This document shows positions 1 through 9,852 of a stretch of DNA of 32,000 nucleotides, in pieces. The notes beneath the pieces were generated by a model that saw nothing but the letters and a program-made list of their open reading frames with translations, was not told where the DNA came from and made no database searches. The position numbers and the translations under genes were made by a program. Positions within the stretch are counted from its first letter, which is position 1; every line of letters begins with the position of its first letter. Source of the stretch: Methylophaga frappieri (GTDB taxonomy: Bacteria > Pseudomonadota > Gammaproteobacteria > Nitrosococcales > Methylophagaceae); assembly GCF_000260965.1 (NCBI RefSeq), contig NC_017856.1, positions 2,100,001-2,132,000 of the forward strand, written 5' to 3'.

Positions 1-1142
1 GTTCGTGCTAATTCCGCCATCGCTTGTTCAGCAGGAACACCTTGCTGCACTTGTTTAAGTGCTTTATCAAGAACGCTGGCACTATGTTGCTGTGCTTCAT
101 CGCGAATGGCTCGAATGACAGGGACAGCGTCCTGACTGCGCATCCAGCCAGCAAAGTGACTGACTTGGCTATCAATAATTTCTTCTGCTTGTCTCGCAGC
201 ATCACGGCGTGACTGCAGATTTTCTTCGATAATATCGTGCAAATCATCGACGCAATACAGGTAAATATCTTCAAGCTGCCCGACTTCAGGCTCAATATCG
301 CGTGGCACAGCAATATCGACCATGAAAATCGGTCGGCGTTTGCGTTGTTTCAATGCGCTCTCTACCATGCCTTTGCCCAAAATCGGTAACTGGCTGGCGG
401 TAGAACTAATGACAATATCCGCTTCAGCAAGATGTGCCGGCATTTCACCTAAACTTATCGCATAGCCATTTACGTCGGCGGCTAAGTTGTGTGCCCGTTC
501 TACTGATCGGTTGGCAATAATCATGCGTTTGATGCCATTGTCTTGGAGGTGGCGGGCCACCAGTTCAATAGTTTCTCCGGCGCCGATTAATAGCGCTGTG
601 GCTTGCTTGAGGTTGCTGAATATTTGTTTGGAGAGACTAACTGCAGCAAAAGCTACCGAAACCGGACTGCTGCCAATCGCGGTATCTGTTCGGACTTGTT
701 TGGCGACAGTAAAAGCATGTTGAAACAGTCTACCCAGCGATTTGCCTAAGGTTTGCGCATTTAAAGACTGCGTATAAGCGGTTTTTAATTGACCGAGAAT
801 TTGCGGTTCACCCAGTACCATCGAGTCCAGGCCGGAAGCCACTCGATATAAATGCTGAACCGCATCGGTATCATGATATTGATAGTGACTATCTTTAACC
901 GCTTCGTAAAGGCCACTGCGATATTGTTGCAACCATGTGCTGATGCCATTGTCATAGTCCTCGTCGACATGACAATACAGTTCAGTTCGATTGCAGGTAG
1001 AGATGATGACAACTTCATTAATATCGGCTTGCTGATGCAACGATGTTAATGCAGCAGGCAGCGCCTTATCGTCAAAACTGAACTGTTCGCGAAGTGCGAT
1101 GGGGGCTGTGGTATGGTTGATGCCGAAACAGATAAGATGCAT
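1..1142 (-). CDS. hemA: Glutamyl-tRNA reductase, partial (3' end lies beyond the window start)
   Basis: Absent from the ORF track because it runs off the window. My reverse-complement translation from the ATG at 1142-1140 reads MHLICFGINHTTAPIALREQFSF...ISTCNRTELY...GEPQILGQLK...LLIGAGETIELVARHL...MVDIAVPRDIEP. These are the HemA N-terminus, the catalytic-Cys motif and the NADPH-binding GAGE motif. Its divergent placement from the lolB-ispE-prs block is typical of gammaproteobacteria. Confidence 0.9.
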   Translation of the reverse strand, partial: MHLICFGINHTTAPIALREQFSFDDKALPAALTSLHQQADINEVVIISTCNRTELYCHVDEDYDNGISTWLQQYRSGLYEAVKDSHYQYHDTDAVQHLYRVASGLDSMVLGEPQILGQLKTAYTQSLNAQTLGKSLGRLFQHAFTVAKQVRTDTAIGSSPVSVAFAAVSLSKQIFSNLKQATALLIGAGETIELVARHLQDNGIKRMIIANRSVERAHNLAADVNGYAISLGEMPAHLAEADIVISSTASQLPILGKGMVESALKQRKRRPIFMVDIAVPRDIEPEVGQLEDIYLYCVDDLHDIIEENLQSRRDAARQAEEIIDSQVSHFAGWMRSQDAVPVIRAIRDEAQQHSASVLDKALKQVQQGVPAEQAMAELAR

Positions 1143-1265
1143 AAGCAAGTATCGCAATTAAATGCTGGTAAACTCTACAGCCTCAGCCCGGAATATTGGG
1201 TGCATTATGTGTGATAAACCAAAATTAGCCATTCTATCAAACTCAATCACGCAGGTCGTTTTTAT

Positions 1266-3032
1266 ATGGATTTATTAGAACAGTTTTGGTTCGGTTTTCG
1301 CGGAGCATCGCGTCAAATGGTGTGGCTGGTCCTGCCTTTTGCGTTGTTTGCCTGTGCTGCCAAACCGACCCAGAGTGAAACCAATAAACAACCGGTTGCG
1401 GAGAAATCTGCGCCTGAAACACCCGATCAAGAAGCGGTTACCTATAAACCTCTGACACCAGAGCTGGTGTATTACATTCTGACGGCAGAAATTGCAGGTC
1501 AGCGTGGGGCGATTGGCATTGCCAGCGATATGTATGAACAGGCCGCCAATTCTGTTGACTCACCTTTGTTGGCTGATCGGGCAGCCCGGGTTGCTACATT
1601 TACCCGAGATCGTGCGCGTATTAATCGAGCGTTGTCACGCTGGAAAGAAGTCGATCCTAACGATGCGGATGTGCAGATCATGCAAATTCCGTTTTTAATT
1701 GATAATCAGCAGTATAGCGAAGCGATTGAGACTATGGATAAGGCGATTGCCTTGGCGCCGGAAAAGACCATCCCATATCTGGCAACTTTTGCTAAACAGC
1801 TAAGTGAAATGGAAGATGCTGAGACAGCGCTGCCAATGATGCGGTCTCTTCAGAGTTATCAGGAACAATCAGCAGATACCCGTTTTGCTTATGCGCGGCT
1901 TGCTGCGCATTACCGGGAATGGGCGTTGGCGCATGCTGAGCTTGATGCCTTGCTCGAGGAGCAACCGAAACACGAGCCATTTTTGACATTACAGTCTGAA
2001 ATTCTTCAACGTACTGGCAAGCCTGAGCAGGCGCTTGATTTGATTGCCAACGTTGCCAAGAAACCCGACGCCAGTGCTGAGCTGCGATTTGCTTACGGAA
2101 AATTATTGGGTGAAAACGGACATGCGGATGAGGCCAAAGCCGTTTTTGAGGCATTAAATCTCGAAAATCCTGATAATCAAGATGTGTTGTTTGCCTTGGG
2201 TCTGCTAGCGCTGGAAGAACAGGATGGCGATACTGCCCGAACCTATTTTACGGAAGTTTTACGTAAGGGCGATCCTGCGCAACAGGTTGGTTATTTCATG
2301 GGCTTGGCTGAAGAAATGAGCGGCAATTATGATGCGGCACTGGTCTGGTTTGCTTCGGTCCCAGCAGAAAGTCAGCGGTTTGATAGTGCGCAGGCCCGCT
2401 ATATTGGTTTACTTGCCGATCAAGGTGATATGGCAAAAGCCCGTCAGCATCTGCGCTTGTTGCGTCAGGAGCGACCTGAACAGGCCCGTGAGCTTTATAT
2501 ATTTGAGGCATCTTTTTTACACGATGAGGGCCTTTCCGAAGAGGCGATGCGCGTTTATTCGGAAGCCTTGACAGCGTTTCCTGATGATTTTGAATTACTG
2601 TACAGTCGCGCCATGCTGGCTGAGAGTCTGGATGATTTGACACTGCTGGAAACGGATCTGCGCCGGATTTTGGCCATTGATCCGGATAATGCGCAAACAT
2701 TAAATGCCCTAGGCTATACCCTGACAGATAGAACGGATCGTCATCAGGAAGCACTGGAGATGATTCAAAAAGCGTTGCAGATTAAACCTGGCGACCCCTA
2801 CTATCTGGATAGTCTTGGTTGGGTATATTACCGGCTGGGTGATCTGGAAAAGGCGGAAACCTATTTGCGGCAGGCCTTGGCTGTGCAGGATGATGCCGAG
2901 TTTAGTGCGCACCTGGGAGAAGTAGTGTGGGTGCAGGGAAATCGCCGCGAGGCCAGAAAAATCTGGCAGCAGGCATTAGAAAAATATCCTGACAATGACA
3001 TACTCACGGAAACGATGGAACGCTTTGAATGA
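1266..3032 (+). CDS. TPR-repeat lipoprotein of unknown function (conserved neighbour upstream of lolB)
   Basis: 588-aa ORF. The N-terminal hydrophobic stretch ends in a lipobox-like LFAC. The body consists of degenerate TPR-like repeats (e.g. AQTLNALGYTLTDR, YYLDSLGWVYYRLGDLEKAETYLRQAL). The stop overlaps the lolB start (ATGA at 3029-3032). The true start may be the internal ATG at 1317. Confidence 0.75.
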   Translation: MDLLEQFWFGFRGASRQMVWLVLPFALFACAAKPTQSETNKQPVAEKSAPETPDQEAVTYKPLTPELVYYILTAEIAGQRGAIGIASDMYEQAANSVDSPLLADRAARVATFTRDRARINRALSRWKEVDPNDADVQIMQIPFLIDNQQYSEAIETMDKAIALAPEKTIPYLATFAKQLSEMEDAETALPMMRSLQSYQEQSADTRFAYARLAAHYREWALAHAELDALLEEQPKHEPFLTLQSEILQRTGKPEQALDLIANVAKKPDASAELRFAYGKLLGENGHADEAKAVFEALNLENPDNQDVLFALGLLALEEQDGDTARTYFTEVLRKGDPAQQVGYFMGLAEEMSGNYDAALVWFASVPAESQRFDSAQARYIGLLADQGDMAKARQHLRLLRQERPEQARELYIFEASFLHDEGLSEEAMRVYSEALTAFPDDFELLYSRAMLAESLDDLTLLETDLRRILAIDPDNAQTLNALGYTLTDRTDRHQEALEMIQKALQIKPGDPYYLDSLGWVYYRLGDLEKAETYLRQALAVQDDAEFSAHLGEVVWVQGNRREARKIWQQALEKYPDNDILTETMERFE

Positions 3033-3628
3033 TAAAAAAGCTGCTTTTGTTGACATTATGGGTGTTGGTATCAGGATGTAGCACACTCTGGCAGAGCAAG
3101 CCTCAGGCGCCGGCTGAAACACTCTGGCTGGAACGTCAATCACAATTGAAACAACTAGACAACTGGACACTGCGTGGTCGTACCGCCATTCAGCAGGGCA
3201 AAGAAGGCTGGAATGCCGGGGTCAGTTGGCATCAAAGCCCAGACCAATTTGAAATACGCTTGACGGGTCCGTTTTCTCAGGGGGCGGTTAATTTATCTGG
3301 TGACCAGAATGCGGTTTTATTAACCAACTCATCGGGCGAACGCTATGTTGCGGCTACGCCAGAGCAGTTACTAGAAGAAGTGCTGGGCTGGCAGTTGCCG
3401 ATAAGCGCGTTACGCGATTGGGTTAAAGGCTTGCCTTTCTCAGAAGCGGCAGTTACCTATCGAGAGCTGGATCGTGATGGTCGTCTAGTTGCTTTGGAAC
3501 AAGCAGGCTGGCAAGTCAGTTTTATGCGCTATGTTCCGTTTCAGGGCACCGATGTTCCCGATAAAATTTTTATCAAACGTGATCAATTAAGCGTGCGTCT
3601 GGTCGTGTCTGCTTGGCAAAGTGAATGA
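3029..3628 (+). CDS. lolB: Outer-membrane lipoprotein LolB
   Basis: 199 aa with signal peptide and lipobox LVSGC. Size and the pattern W.L.GR.AI....GW.A...W.Q....EIRL.GP....LL..S.G..Y.A..PE.LL....GW.LP...L..W..G.P match LolB. It sits in the conserved position directly upstream of ispE, with an ATGA overlap at 3625-3628. Confidence 0.85.
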   Translation: MIKKLLLLTLWVLVSGCSTLWQSKPQAPAETLWLERQSQLKQLDNWTLRGRTAIQQGKEGWNAGVSWHQSPDQFEIRLTGPFSQGAVNLSGDQNAVLLTNSSGERYVAATPEQLLEEVLGWQLPISALRDWVKGLPFSEAAVTYRELDRDGRLVALEQAGWQVSFMRYVPFQGTDVPDKIFIKRDQLSVRLVVSAWQSE

Positions 3629-4482
3629 CGTGTTGTCATTGGCCGGCTCCCGCCAAGCTTAATCTGTTTTTGCACATCACCGGGCGGCGGGCAGATGGGT
3701 ATCATTTGTTGCAAACGGCATTTCAGTTTCTGGACTATGGGGATCAGCTCACTGTCACTGTGACCAGCTCGCCAGAGATAAGCGTTACTCCACAACTATC
3801 AGGGGTTGCTAACGAAGATAACCTTATATATCGGGCAGCCAAGCTGTTACAAGCCGCGACTAAAACAAGTTTAGGTGCGCAGATAGCGCTTAACAAGCAG
3901 TTGCCGATGGGCGGTGGTTTGGGAGGGGGCAGTAGCAATGCTGCCACCACCTTGGTCGCGCTGAATCGGCAATGGCAGTGTCAGTTATCTGATTCGGCGT
4001 TGGCGGAATTGGCGCTGAAGTTAGGCGCAGATGTACCGGTTTTTGTTTATGGTCAGGCGGCATGGGCAGAAGGGGTTGGCGAAATTCTGACGCCAATAAC
4101 CCCGCCAGAAGCATGGTATTTCGTTGTTATACCGAATTGTCAGGTATCTACTGCGGAAATATTTTCCGATTCGGAATTGACACGCGACTGCGAACCTATC
4201 AAAATATCGCGCTTCCTTAAGGGGGAAGGCAGGAATGTCTGCGAATCGGTAGTCCGCCGGCGTTATCCGGAAGTTGCCGAGGCACTTGATTGGTTGGCGC
4301 AATATGCCACAGCGAAAATGACCGGTACAGGTGCCTGCGTTTTTGCTGAGTTTGAAACCGAAGCACAAGCGCGGCAGGCATGGCGGCAATTGCCAGAAAA
4401 ATGGCAAGGTTTTGTTGCCAAAGGGTGCAATCAGTCACCACTGCGACAGGCAATCTCAGGTAACCGAGATTGTATGAGATGA
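3625..4482 (+). CDS. ispE: 4-diphosphocytidyl-2-C-methyl-D-erythritol kinase
   Basis: N-terminus [22 protein letters not shown] and the GHMP-kinase ATP loop [18 protein letters not shown]. Conserved lolB-ispE-tRNA-Gln-prs synteny. Confidence 0.92.
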   Translation: MTCCHWPAPAKLNLFLHITGRRADGYHLLQTAFQFLDYGDQLTVTVTSSPEISVTPQLSGVANEDNLIYRAAKLLQAATKTSLGAQIALNKQLPMGGGLGGGSSNAATTLVALNRQWQCQLSDSALAELALKLGADVPVFVYGQAAWAEGVGEILTPITPPEAWYFVVIPNCQVSTAEIFSDSELTRDCEPIKISRFLKGEGRNVCESVVRRRYPEVAEALDWLAQYATAKMTGTGACVFAEFETEAQARQAWRQLPEKWQGFVAKGCNQSPLRQAISGNRDCMR

Positions 4483-4492
4483 GTTTAACTGT

Positions 4493-4567
4493 TGGGGTAT
4501 AGCCAAGTGGTAAGGCAGCGGGTTTTGATCCCGCCATTCCCAGGTTCGAATCCTGGTACCCCAGCCA
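4493..4567 (+). tRNA. tRNA-Gln (anticodon UUG)
   Basis: Cloverleaf read by eye. Acceptor TGGGGTA/TACCCCA, D arm GCC-AAGTGGTAA-GGC, anticodon stem CGGGT/CCCGC-like with loop TTTTGAT (anticodon TTG), T arm CCAGG-TTCGAAT-CCTGG, encoded CCA. Starts 10 nt after the ispE stop. Confidence 0.9.
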
Positions 4568-4657
4568 TACTCTTTTGGTTTTTGACTTAACTCGGCAGCT
4601 CTACTTGTGACGCAAAACCGAATCCTCCAATTACAGCAGCGTAACGCTGATGACAAT

Positions 4658-5593
4658 ATGATGGTCTTCACGGGCAATGCGAATCGCAGGCTTGCTGAGA
4701 GCATCACCAGTTTTCTGAATATTACCCTTGGTAAAGCCACCGTTGAGAAGTTCAGCGACGGTGAAATCATGGTTGAGATTCTGGACAATGTGCGCGGTAA
4801 AGACGTGTTTATTGTGCAGCCCACCTGTATGCCCACAAATGATAATCTGATGGAGCTGATGGTGATGACAGACGCCATCAGACGTGCATCGGCGAAACGG
4901 ATTACATTGGTTGTTCCCTATTTCGGGTATTCACGCCAAGATCGAAGACCGAGATCGGCACGTGTCGCTATCACTGCAAAAGTAGTTGCAAATATGCTGA
5001 CCGGCGTCGGCGCTGATCGGGTGTTGACGGTAGATCTGCATGCCGATCAAATCCAGGGCTTTTTTGATTGTCCGGTGGATAATGTGTATGCGTCTCCAGT
5101 TTTGCTCGGCGATATTTGGAAACACAAATACGATGACCTGGTTGTGGTTTCACCAGATGTCGGCGGGGTGGTGCGTGCCCGGGCGCTAGCCAAACATATG
5201 GATGTTGAGTTGGCGATTATCGATAAGCGCCGTCCACGCGCCAATGTTGCCAAAGTGATGAATATTATCGGTGATGTTGAAAATCGCACCTGTGTCATGG
5301 TGGATGACATGGTGGATACCGCCGGGACACTCTGCGCGGCAGCGGCGGCATTAAAAGAACATGGTGCTAACCGTGTCGTTGCCTATTGCACGCATCCGGT
5401 ATTATCGGGACCGGCGGTGAATAATATCAGTCGGTCGCTATTGGATGAGTTAGTGGTGACAGATACGATTCCACTTCATGTCGATGCGCAGAACTGTAGC
5501 AAAATCCGTTTGTTAAGCATTGCTGAAATGCTGGCGGAGGCGATGTATAGAATTAGTAACGAAGAGTCTGTGAGCTCTTTGTATATGGATTAA
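4658..5593 (+). CDS. prs: Ribose-phosphate pyrophosphokinase (PRPP synthetase)
   Basis: Motifs [27 protein letters not shown] and the PRPP-binding loop [13 protein letters not shown]. The ORF track opens at GTG 4607. I prefer ATG 4658 because it gives the canonical about 311-aa protein. Confidence 0.92.
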   Translation: MMVFTGNANRRLAESITSFLNITLGKATVEKFSDGEIMVEILDNVRGKDVFIVQPTCMPTNDNLMELMVMTDAIRRASAKRITLVVPYFGYSRQDRRPRSARVAITAKVVANMLTGVGADRVLTVDLHADQIQGFFDCPVDNVYASPVLLGDIWKHKYDDLVVVSPDVGGVVRARALAKHMDVELAIIDKRRPRANVAKVMNIIGDVENRTCVMVDDMVDTAGTLCAAAAALKEHGANRVVAYCTHPVLSGPAVNNISRSLLDELVVTDTIPLHVDAQNCSKIRLLSIAEMLAEAMYRISNEESVSSLYMD

Positions 5594-5660
5594 CCCGTAA
5601 GGGTTAGCGTGCCAAACCTGGTCGCGGGGGAGGCGAATGCCACATTAACGTGGCTTATCA

Positions 5661-5681
5661 ACGGACTTTGGTCCGTTTTTT
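5661..5681 (+). terminator. Rho-independent terminator-like hairpin (ACGGAC-TTTG-GTCCGT followed by a T run) between prs and rplY
   Basis: A perfect 6-bp GC-containing stem with a 4-nt loop is followed directly by TTTTTT. It lies 68 nt after the prs stop and only about 17 nt before the rplY ATG. Confidence 0.5.
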
Positions 5682-5698
5682 AGTCTTGGAGTAAAGTG

Positions 5699-6385
5699 AT
5701 GGAAAATTTATTTGAAGTCCATGCCGAAGCACGTACTGACGAGGGGAAAGGTGCGAGCCGCCGCCTGCGTCGTGCGGGTAAAGTGCCGGCAGTTGTATAC
5801 GGTACCGAAAAAAAGCCGGTGTCTATTTCTTTGGATCATAACCAGTTTATTCGACATTTGGCCGAAGAAGCTTTTTATGCTCATATCCTGAATTTGGTTA
5901 TTGATGGCAAGAAAAATCAGGTCGTTTTGAAAGATCTGCAACGTCATCCAGCAAATGACAATAAAATTATTCACGCTGATTTTCTGCGCGTCGATGCGAA
6001 GCATGAAATGACGATGACGGTTCAGTTGCACTTCGTGAATGAAGATAAAGCGCCAGGCGTGAAAGCTGGTGGTCAAGTATCTCACTTGATTACTGAGGTT
6101 GAAATCGCTTGTTTGCCTAAAGACTTACCGGAATACATCGAAGTCGATGTGGCTAAGCTGGAAATGGACGAATATATCCATTTATCGGAACTGGACTTGC
6201 CTTCAGGTGTGTCATTAACGGCGTTAAGTCACGGCCAGGATGAGCATCTGGAAGACGGTGAGCGTTCATCATATGACCAAGCTGTTGTCAGTATTCACGA
6301 GCCACGTGTTGTCGCCGTAGAAGATGAAGATGCGGACGACACTGCGGCGGATGAAGCGAAAGACGAAGACGAATCAGAAGATTAA
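5699..6385 (+). CDS. rplY: 50S ribosomal protein L25 / general stress protein Ctc (long form)
   Basis: N-terminal RRLRRAGKVPAVVYG and the two-domain Ctc length. GGAG lies about 8 nt upstream of ATG 5699 (the ORF track starts at GTG 5696). The C-terminus is a strongly acidic tail (EDEDADDTAADEAKDEDESED). Conserved prs-rplY-pth-ychF order. Confidence 0.9.
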   Translation: MENLFEVHAEARTDEGKGASRRLRRAGKVPAVVYGTEKKPVSISLDHNQFIRHLAEEAFYAHILNLVIDGKKNQVVLKDLQRHPANDNKIIHADFLRVDAKHEMTMTVQLHFVNEDKAPGVKAGGQVSHLITEVEIACLPKDLPEYIEVDVAKLEMDEYIHLSELDLPSGVSLTALSHGQDEHLEDGERSSYDQAVVSIHEPRVVAVEDEDADDTAADEAKDEDESED

Positions 6386-6408
6386 TCAACGTCTTTAGGG
6401 AGCCGTAA

Positions 6409-6984
6409 ATGGACAACTGGATCATTGTCGGTCTGGGTAATCCCGGCTCCCAATATGAACACACTCGACATAATGTCGGGTTTTGGATGCTGGATCAGTT
6501 TGCTGAGCAAGCCGGACTTTCGTTTAAAACGGATAACCGGTTTCAGGGTGAACTGGTTCAGCAGATCATGCCTCAAGCCAAATTCTGGCTTTTGAAACCC
6601 CTGACTTTCATGAATCGAAGTGGACAGTCTGTCGCCGCACTGGCCAATTTTTATAAAATCCCGCCCGAACGTATCGTTGTTTTACATGATGAACTGGATC
6701 TGCCCACAGGCACAGTTCGGCTAAAAAAATCGGGGGGACATGGTGGCCACAATGGCTTGCGCGATATTATTGCTCAACTTGGCGGGCAAAAAGATTTTTT
6801 ACGTTGCCGGATTGGAATCGGTCATCCAGGAAATAGCAGACAAGTCTCAGACTATGTGTTGAGCAGACCCTCTCCCGACGATCGTCAGCAGATTATGCAC
6901 GGTATTGATGCCGCGATTCAGGCATTACCGGATGTGTTCAATAATCAACTTGATAAAGCCATGAACTGGCTACACTCTCTGTAG
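6409..6984 (+). CDS. pth: Peptidyl-tRNA hydrolase
   Basis: Motifs IVGLGNPGSQYEHTRHNVGF (catalytic His), FMNRSGQSV, GGHGGHNGLRDI. Confidence 0.93.
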   Translation: MDNWIIVGLGNPGSQYEHTRHNVGFWMLDQFAEQAGLSFKTDNRFQGELVQQIMPQAKFWLLKPLTFMNRSGQSVAALANFYKIPPERIVVLHDELDLPTGTVRLKKSGGHGGHNGLRDIIAQLGGQKDFLRCRIGIGHPGNSRQVSDYVLSRPSPDDRQQIMHGIDAAIQALPDVFNNQLDKAMNWLHSL

Positions 6985-6993
6985 GACATTATT

Positions 6994-8085
6994 ATGGGAT
7001 TCAAATGCGGCATTGTTGGACTGCCAAATGTCGGCAAGTCGACCTTATTTAATGCGCTGACACAGGCAGGCATTGAAGCACAAAATTATCCGTTTTGTAC
7101 GATTGAGCCTAATGTCGGCATTGTACCGGTACCCGATCCACGGCTAACCAAGTTGGCTGAGATTGTGAATCCACAGAAACTCCTGCCAACAACGATGGAG
7201 TTTGTGGATATTGCCGGTCTGGTTGCAGGTGCCTCTAAGGGCGAAGGCTTGGGTAACAAGTTTTTGGCAAACATCCGTGAAACCGATGCGATTGCTCATG
7301 TCGTACGTTGCTTTGATGATGACAATGTCGTCCATGTGGCGGGTAAGGTCTCTCCCTTAGATGATATTGAAGTCATTAATACAGAGTTGGCGTTGGCGGA
7401 TCTTGAGTCAGTCGAAAAAGCGATTTTAAAAACCGCGAAAGAAGCCAAAAGTGGCGATAAAACAGCAAAGCTGCGTTTAACCTTACTGGAACAGGTTAGA
7501 GATCATCTTGATGGCGGCCAACCTGTGCGGGCAATGCAACTTGATGCAGACCAACTGGGTCTGATGTCAGGACTGCATCTGCTAACCATCAAACCAACGA
7601 TGTATATTGCCAATGTCGCAGAGGATGGCTTTGAAAATAATCCGGCGTTAGATGCCGTGAAGACATTGGCTGAGCAGGAAAATGCGGTTGTCGTAATTAT
7701 TTGTGCCAGTATTGAAGCAGAGATTGCCGATTTGGCAGACGCAGACAAAGCCGAGTTTTTGGCTGAGTTGGGGCTGGAAGAACCAGGTTTGAATCGGGTC
7801 ATTCGGAGTGGATACAGCTTGCTGGGGTTACACACTTATTTTACAGCCGGTGTCAAAGAGGTTCGGGCCTGGACAGTCGAAATCGGTGCCACCGCGCCAG
7901 AGGGTGCGGGTGTGATACACACTGATTTTCAAAAGGGCTTTATTCGCGCCGAAGTGATTGGTTACGACGATTTTGTGCAGTTCAATGGAGAACAAGGCGC
8001 TAAAGATGCCGGTAAATGGCGTCTTGAGGGCAAAGATTATGTCATCAAAGATGGTGATGTGATGCATTTCAGATTTAACGTGTAA
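6994..8085 (+). CDS. ychF: Ribosome-binding ATPase YchF (Obg-like GTPase family)
   Basis: P-loop [37 protein letters not shown]-terminal TGS-like end [12 protein letters not shown]. 363 aa. Confidence 0.95.
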   Translation: MGFKCGIVGLPNVGKSTLFNALTQAGIEAQNYPFCTIEPNVGIVPVPDPRLTKLAEIVNPQKLLPTTMEFVDIAGLVAGASKGEGLGNKFLANIRETDAIAHVVRCFDDDNVVHVAGKVSPLDDIEVINTELALADLESVEKAILKTAKEAKSGDKTAKLRLTLLEQVRDHLDGGQPVRAMQLDADQLGLMSGLHLLTIKPTMYIANVAEDGFENNPALDAVKTLAEQENAVVVIICASIEAEIADLADADKAEFLAELGLEEPGLNRVIRSGYSLLGLHTYFTAGVKEVRAWTVEIGATAPEGAGVIHTDFQKGFIRAEVIGYDDFVQFNGEQGAKDAGKWRLEGKDYVIKDGDVMHFRFNV

Positions 8086-8144
8086 GCCATTTGCGTGGCA
8101 GGTTTTTTGCCTGCACACTGACATCGTCTTTTAGGGAAGCGGTT

Positions 8145-9218
8145 ATGTTTGCCAGAGGTTGTGTTTTCGGAGCTTTGTTGGCTCTGCCATTATCGGCGTT
8201 CGCTGATAATGCAATGGATAAGTGCATATTGACGCAAATCGGTATTGTCGATGACACCATGACCATCGGTGAGGTGAGGCAGTTATGTGCTGCTGAGCGC
8301 CAGCTAGATTTGGCTGAACCGATTAATGAAAAAGCAGCAGATGAAGTTGCCAACGTTGCTGCTGAACCGCAAAACATTGAAGTAACGCTGGAAGAAAATA
8401 CCATTGCTACCGAAGATGGCTCTGCCGTATCACGTCGCGTGTTATTGGAGAAAACGCAGGCTCGTAATCCTTTTGCATTAATGCCGCACAAACCAAACTA
8501 CATTATTTTTGCCAACAATCTATCCTCAACACATGAGACACCATTTGAACAGGATGATCCCAACAGAGACTATAACTTTCAGCCTTGGGAAACCAAATTC
8601 CAAATCAGCTTGAAAATGCCGTTAGTCAGAGGTTTATTTAATCAGCGTGCGGATTTGTTTGTTGCCTACACCAATCGTTCATTCTGGCAACAATTCAATA
8701 AAGATGGTTCAGCGCCGTTTCGAGACTCCAATCATGAGCCGGAAGCCTGGCTTTCATTCGGCAATGATTTTGAGTTATTTGGTTGGAAAAATTCCGTGAT
8801 TCGCACCGGCATCAGTCATCAGTCCAATGGTCAGTCTGGTGCATTGTCCCGGAGCTGGAATCGCGCTTACGCAGACTTTATTTTTGAGCGCGGTGACTGG
8901 TATTTATCCTTCAAGCCTTGGCTACGGATTGCGGAAAGTGCTGACAATGATGATAACCCGGATATTGATGAGTATATGGGTAACTTCGAGTTGGGCGCTT
9001 ATTACAAGCTTGAAGACCACAGTTTTGAAATGATTCTGCGTAATAACCTCGATTTTGGTGAAAATTATGGCGCTATACAGTTAGGCTGGACCTTCCCATT
9101 AACCGATAGACTCCAGGGTTATGTGCAGTGGTTTAATGGTTATGGTGAGAGTTTGATCGATTATAATGCGCACACTAACAGTATCGGTTTTGGCATCAAG
9201 GTCAGTGATTGGCTATGA
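8145..9218 (+). CDS. pldA: Outer-membrane phospholipase A (OMPLA)
   Basis: Signal peptide MFARGCVFGALLALPLSAFA. The OMPLA active-site block is GISHQSNGQSGALSRSWNR (His-Ser dyad context HxSNG...SRSWNR). AGGGAAG lies upstream of ATG 8145. The ORF-track start at 8091 is a TTG with an implausible N-terminus. Confidence 0.85.
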   Translation: MFARGCVFGALLALPLSAFADNAMDKCILTQIGIVDDTMTIGEVRQLCAAERQLDLAEPINEKAADEVANVAAEPQNIEVTLEENTIATEDGSAVSRRVLLEKTQARNPFALMPHKPNYIIFANNLSSTHETPFEQDDPNRDYNFQPWETKFQISLKMPLVRGLFNQRADLFVAYTNRSFWQQFNKDGSAPFRDSNHEPEAWLSFGNDFELFGWKNSVIRTGISHQSNGQSGALSRSWNRAYADFIFERGDWYLSFKPWLRIAESADNDDNPDIDEYMGNFELGAYYKLEDHSFEMILRNNLDFGENYGAIQLGWTFPLTDRLQGYVQWFNGYGESLIDYNAHTNSIGFGIKVSDWL

Positions 9219-9233
9219 CCAAGTAGAGAATGA

Positions 9234-9262
9234 TTGATATTTGCTGTTTAGCATCGTAAAAT
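9234..9262 (+). promoter_or_regulatory. Sigma-70-type promoter candidate for tRNA-Met (TTGATA-N17-TAAAAT)
   Basis: The -35 TTGATA (9234-9239) and -10 TAAAAT (9257-9262) are separated by exactly 17 nt. The -10 ends 12 nt before the tRNA 5' end. Confidence 0.55.
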
Positions 9263-9274
9263 ACTCGGCTTCGT

Positions 9275-9351
9275 GGCTATGTAGCTCAGTTGGTTAGAGC
9301 ACATCACTCATAATGATGGGGTCCCTAGTTCGAATCTAGGCATAGCCACCA
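9275..9351 (+). tRNA. Elongator tRNA-Met (anticodon CAU)
   Basis: GGCTATGTAGCTCAGTTGGTTAGAGCACATCACTCATAATGATGGGGTC...TTCGAATC...CATAGCCACCA. The D arm, anticodon stem CATCA/TGATG and loop CTCATAA match my memory of E. coli metT, not initiator tRNA or tRNA-Ile2. CCA is encoded. Confidence 0.9.
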
Positions 9352-9437
9352 CTCTTTCCTCGCTTTGTTCAAATCAAAAAAATAGTTTTTCGTGTTATTT
9401 ATCACTGTATAAAGCGTGATCTAGTTTAAAGTTAGTT

Positions 9438-9447
9438 CCCCCCCCCC
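9438..9447. repeat. Homopolymeric C10 tract in non-coding DNA
   Basis: Direct reading: gttagtt-CCCCCCCCCC-acc. It sits inside an otherwise AT-rich intergenic region. Confidence 0.9.
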
Positions 9448-9641
9448 ACCTGTTTGTTGCCATTTTGGGCACCGATCATAACTGCCTTTCGTAGAGGCGA
9501 TCTTCTCCTCTTTAATACTATCTAATCAAAAAGAATATACCGGTTTGCTGCGCAAGCAAGCAACTTGTGCAGCTTACGCTAAAGCTTGGGTCATGGTCTC
9601 AAAACAAGAGCTGAGGTTTGTCTAGAAGCTTTGCTCGGTTT

Positions 9642-9667
9642 AAGATATATGGGAAAACATATATCTT
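9642..9667. repeat. Perfect 10-bp inverted repeat (AAGATATATG-ggaaaa-CATATATCTT)
   Basis: Direct reading. The arms are exact reverse complements separated by a 6-nt loop. A second hairpin with one G-U pair lies at 9547-9573 (GCTGCGCAAG-caagcaa-CTTGTGCAGC). Confidence 0.85.
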
Positions 9668-9852
9668 GTCGGTGATCTTTATTTTCGGTTAGAAAATAGC
9701 GTTAGATGGTCACTCACAGTTCGCCCGTCACGCAAATGAAACATATCTGTTTTACCATATATTAAAAGCCGGTGCTTATTGATAAATAAACACTTCATTA
9801 TTAAATAATTGCATAAAAAAACAATCGCTTAGAAAGTGTAAAAACAAGAGGA

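Noticed and set aside
6300-6385. Strongly acidic C-terminal tail of L25/Ctc (EDEDADDTAADEAKDEDESED)
   Set aside because: It is a real feature of the sequence. It is most simply a lineage-specific low-complexity extension of the Ctc-type protein, and there is no basis for a separate functional claim.
1492-8491. Numerous antisense or out-of-frame track ORFs inside the TPR gene, ispE, prs, rplY, ychF and pldA (e.g. 1792-2154, 2296-2754, 4021-4407, 5708-6085, 7503-7835, 8075-8491)
   Set aside because: Each lies within a gene that has clear family motifs. None has a recognisable motif of its own. They are typical shadow ORFs.
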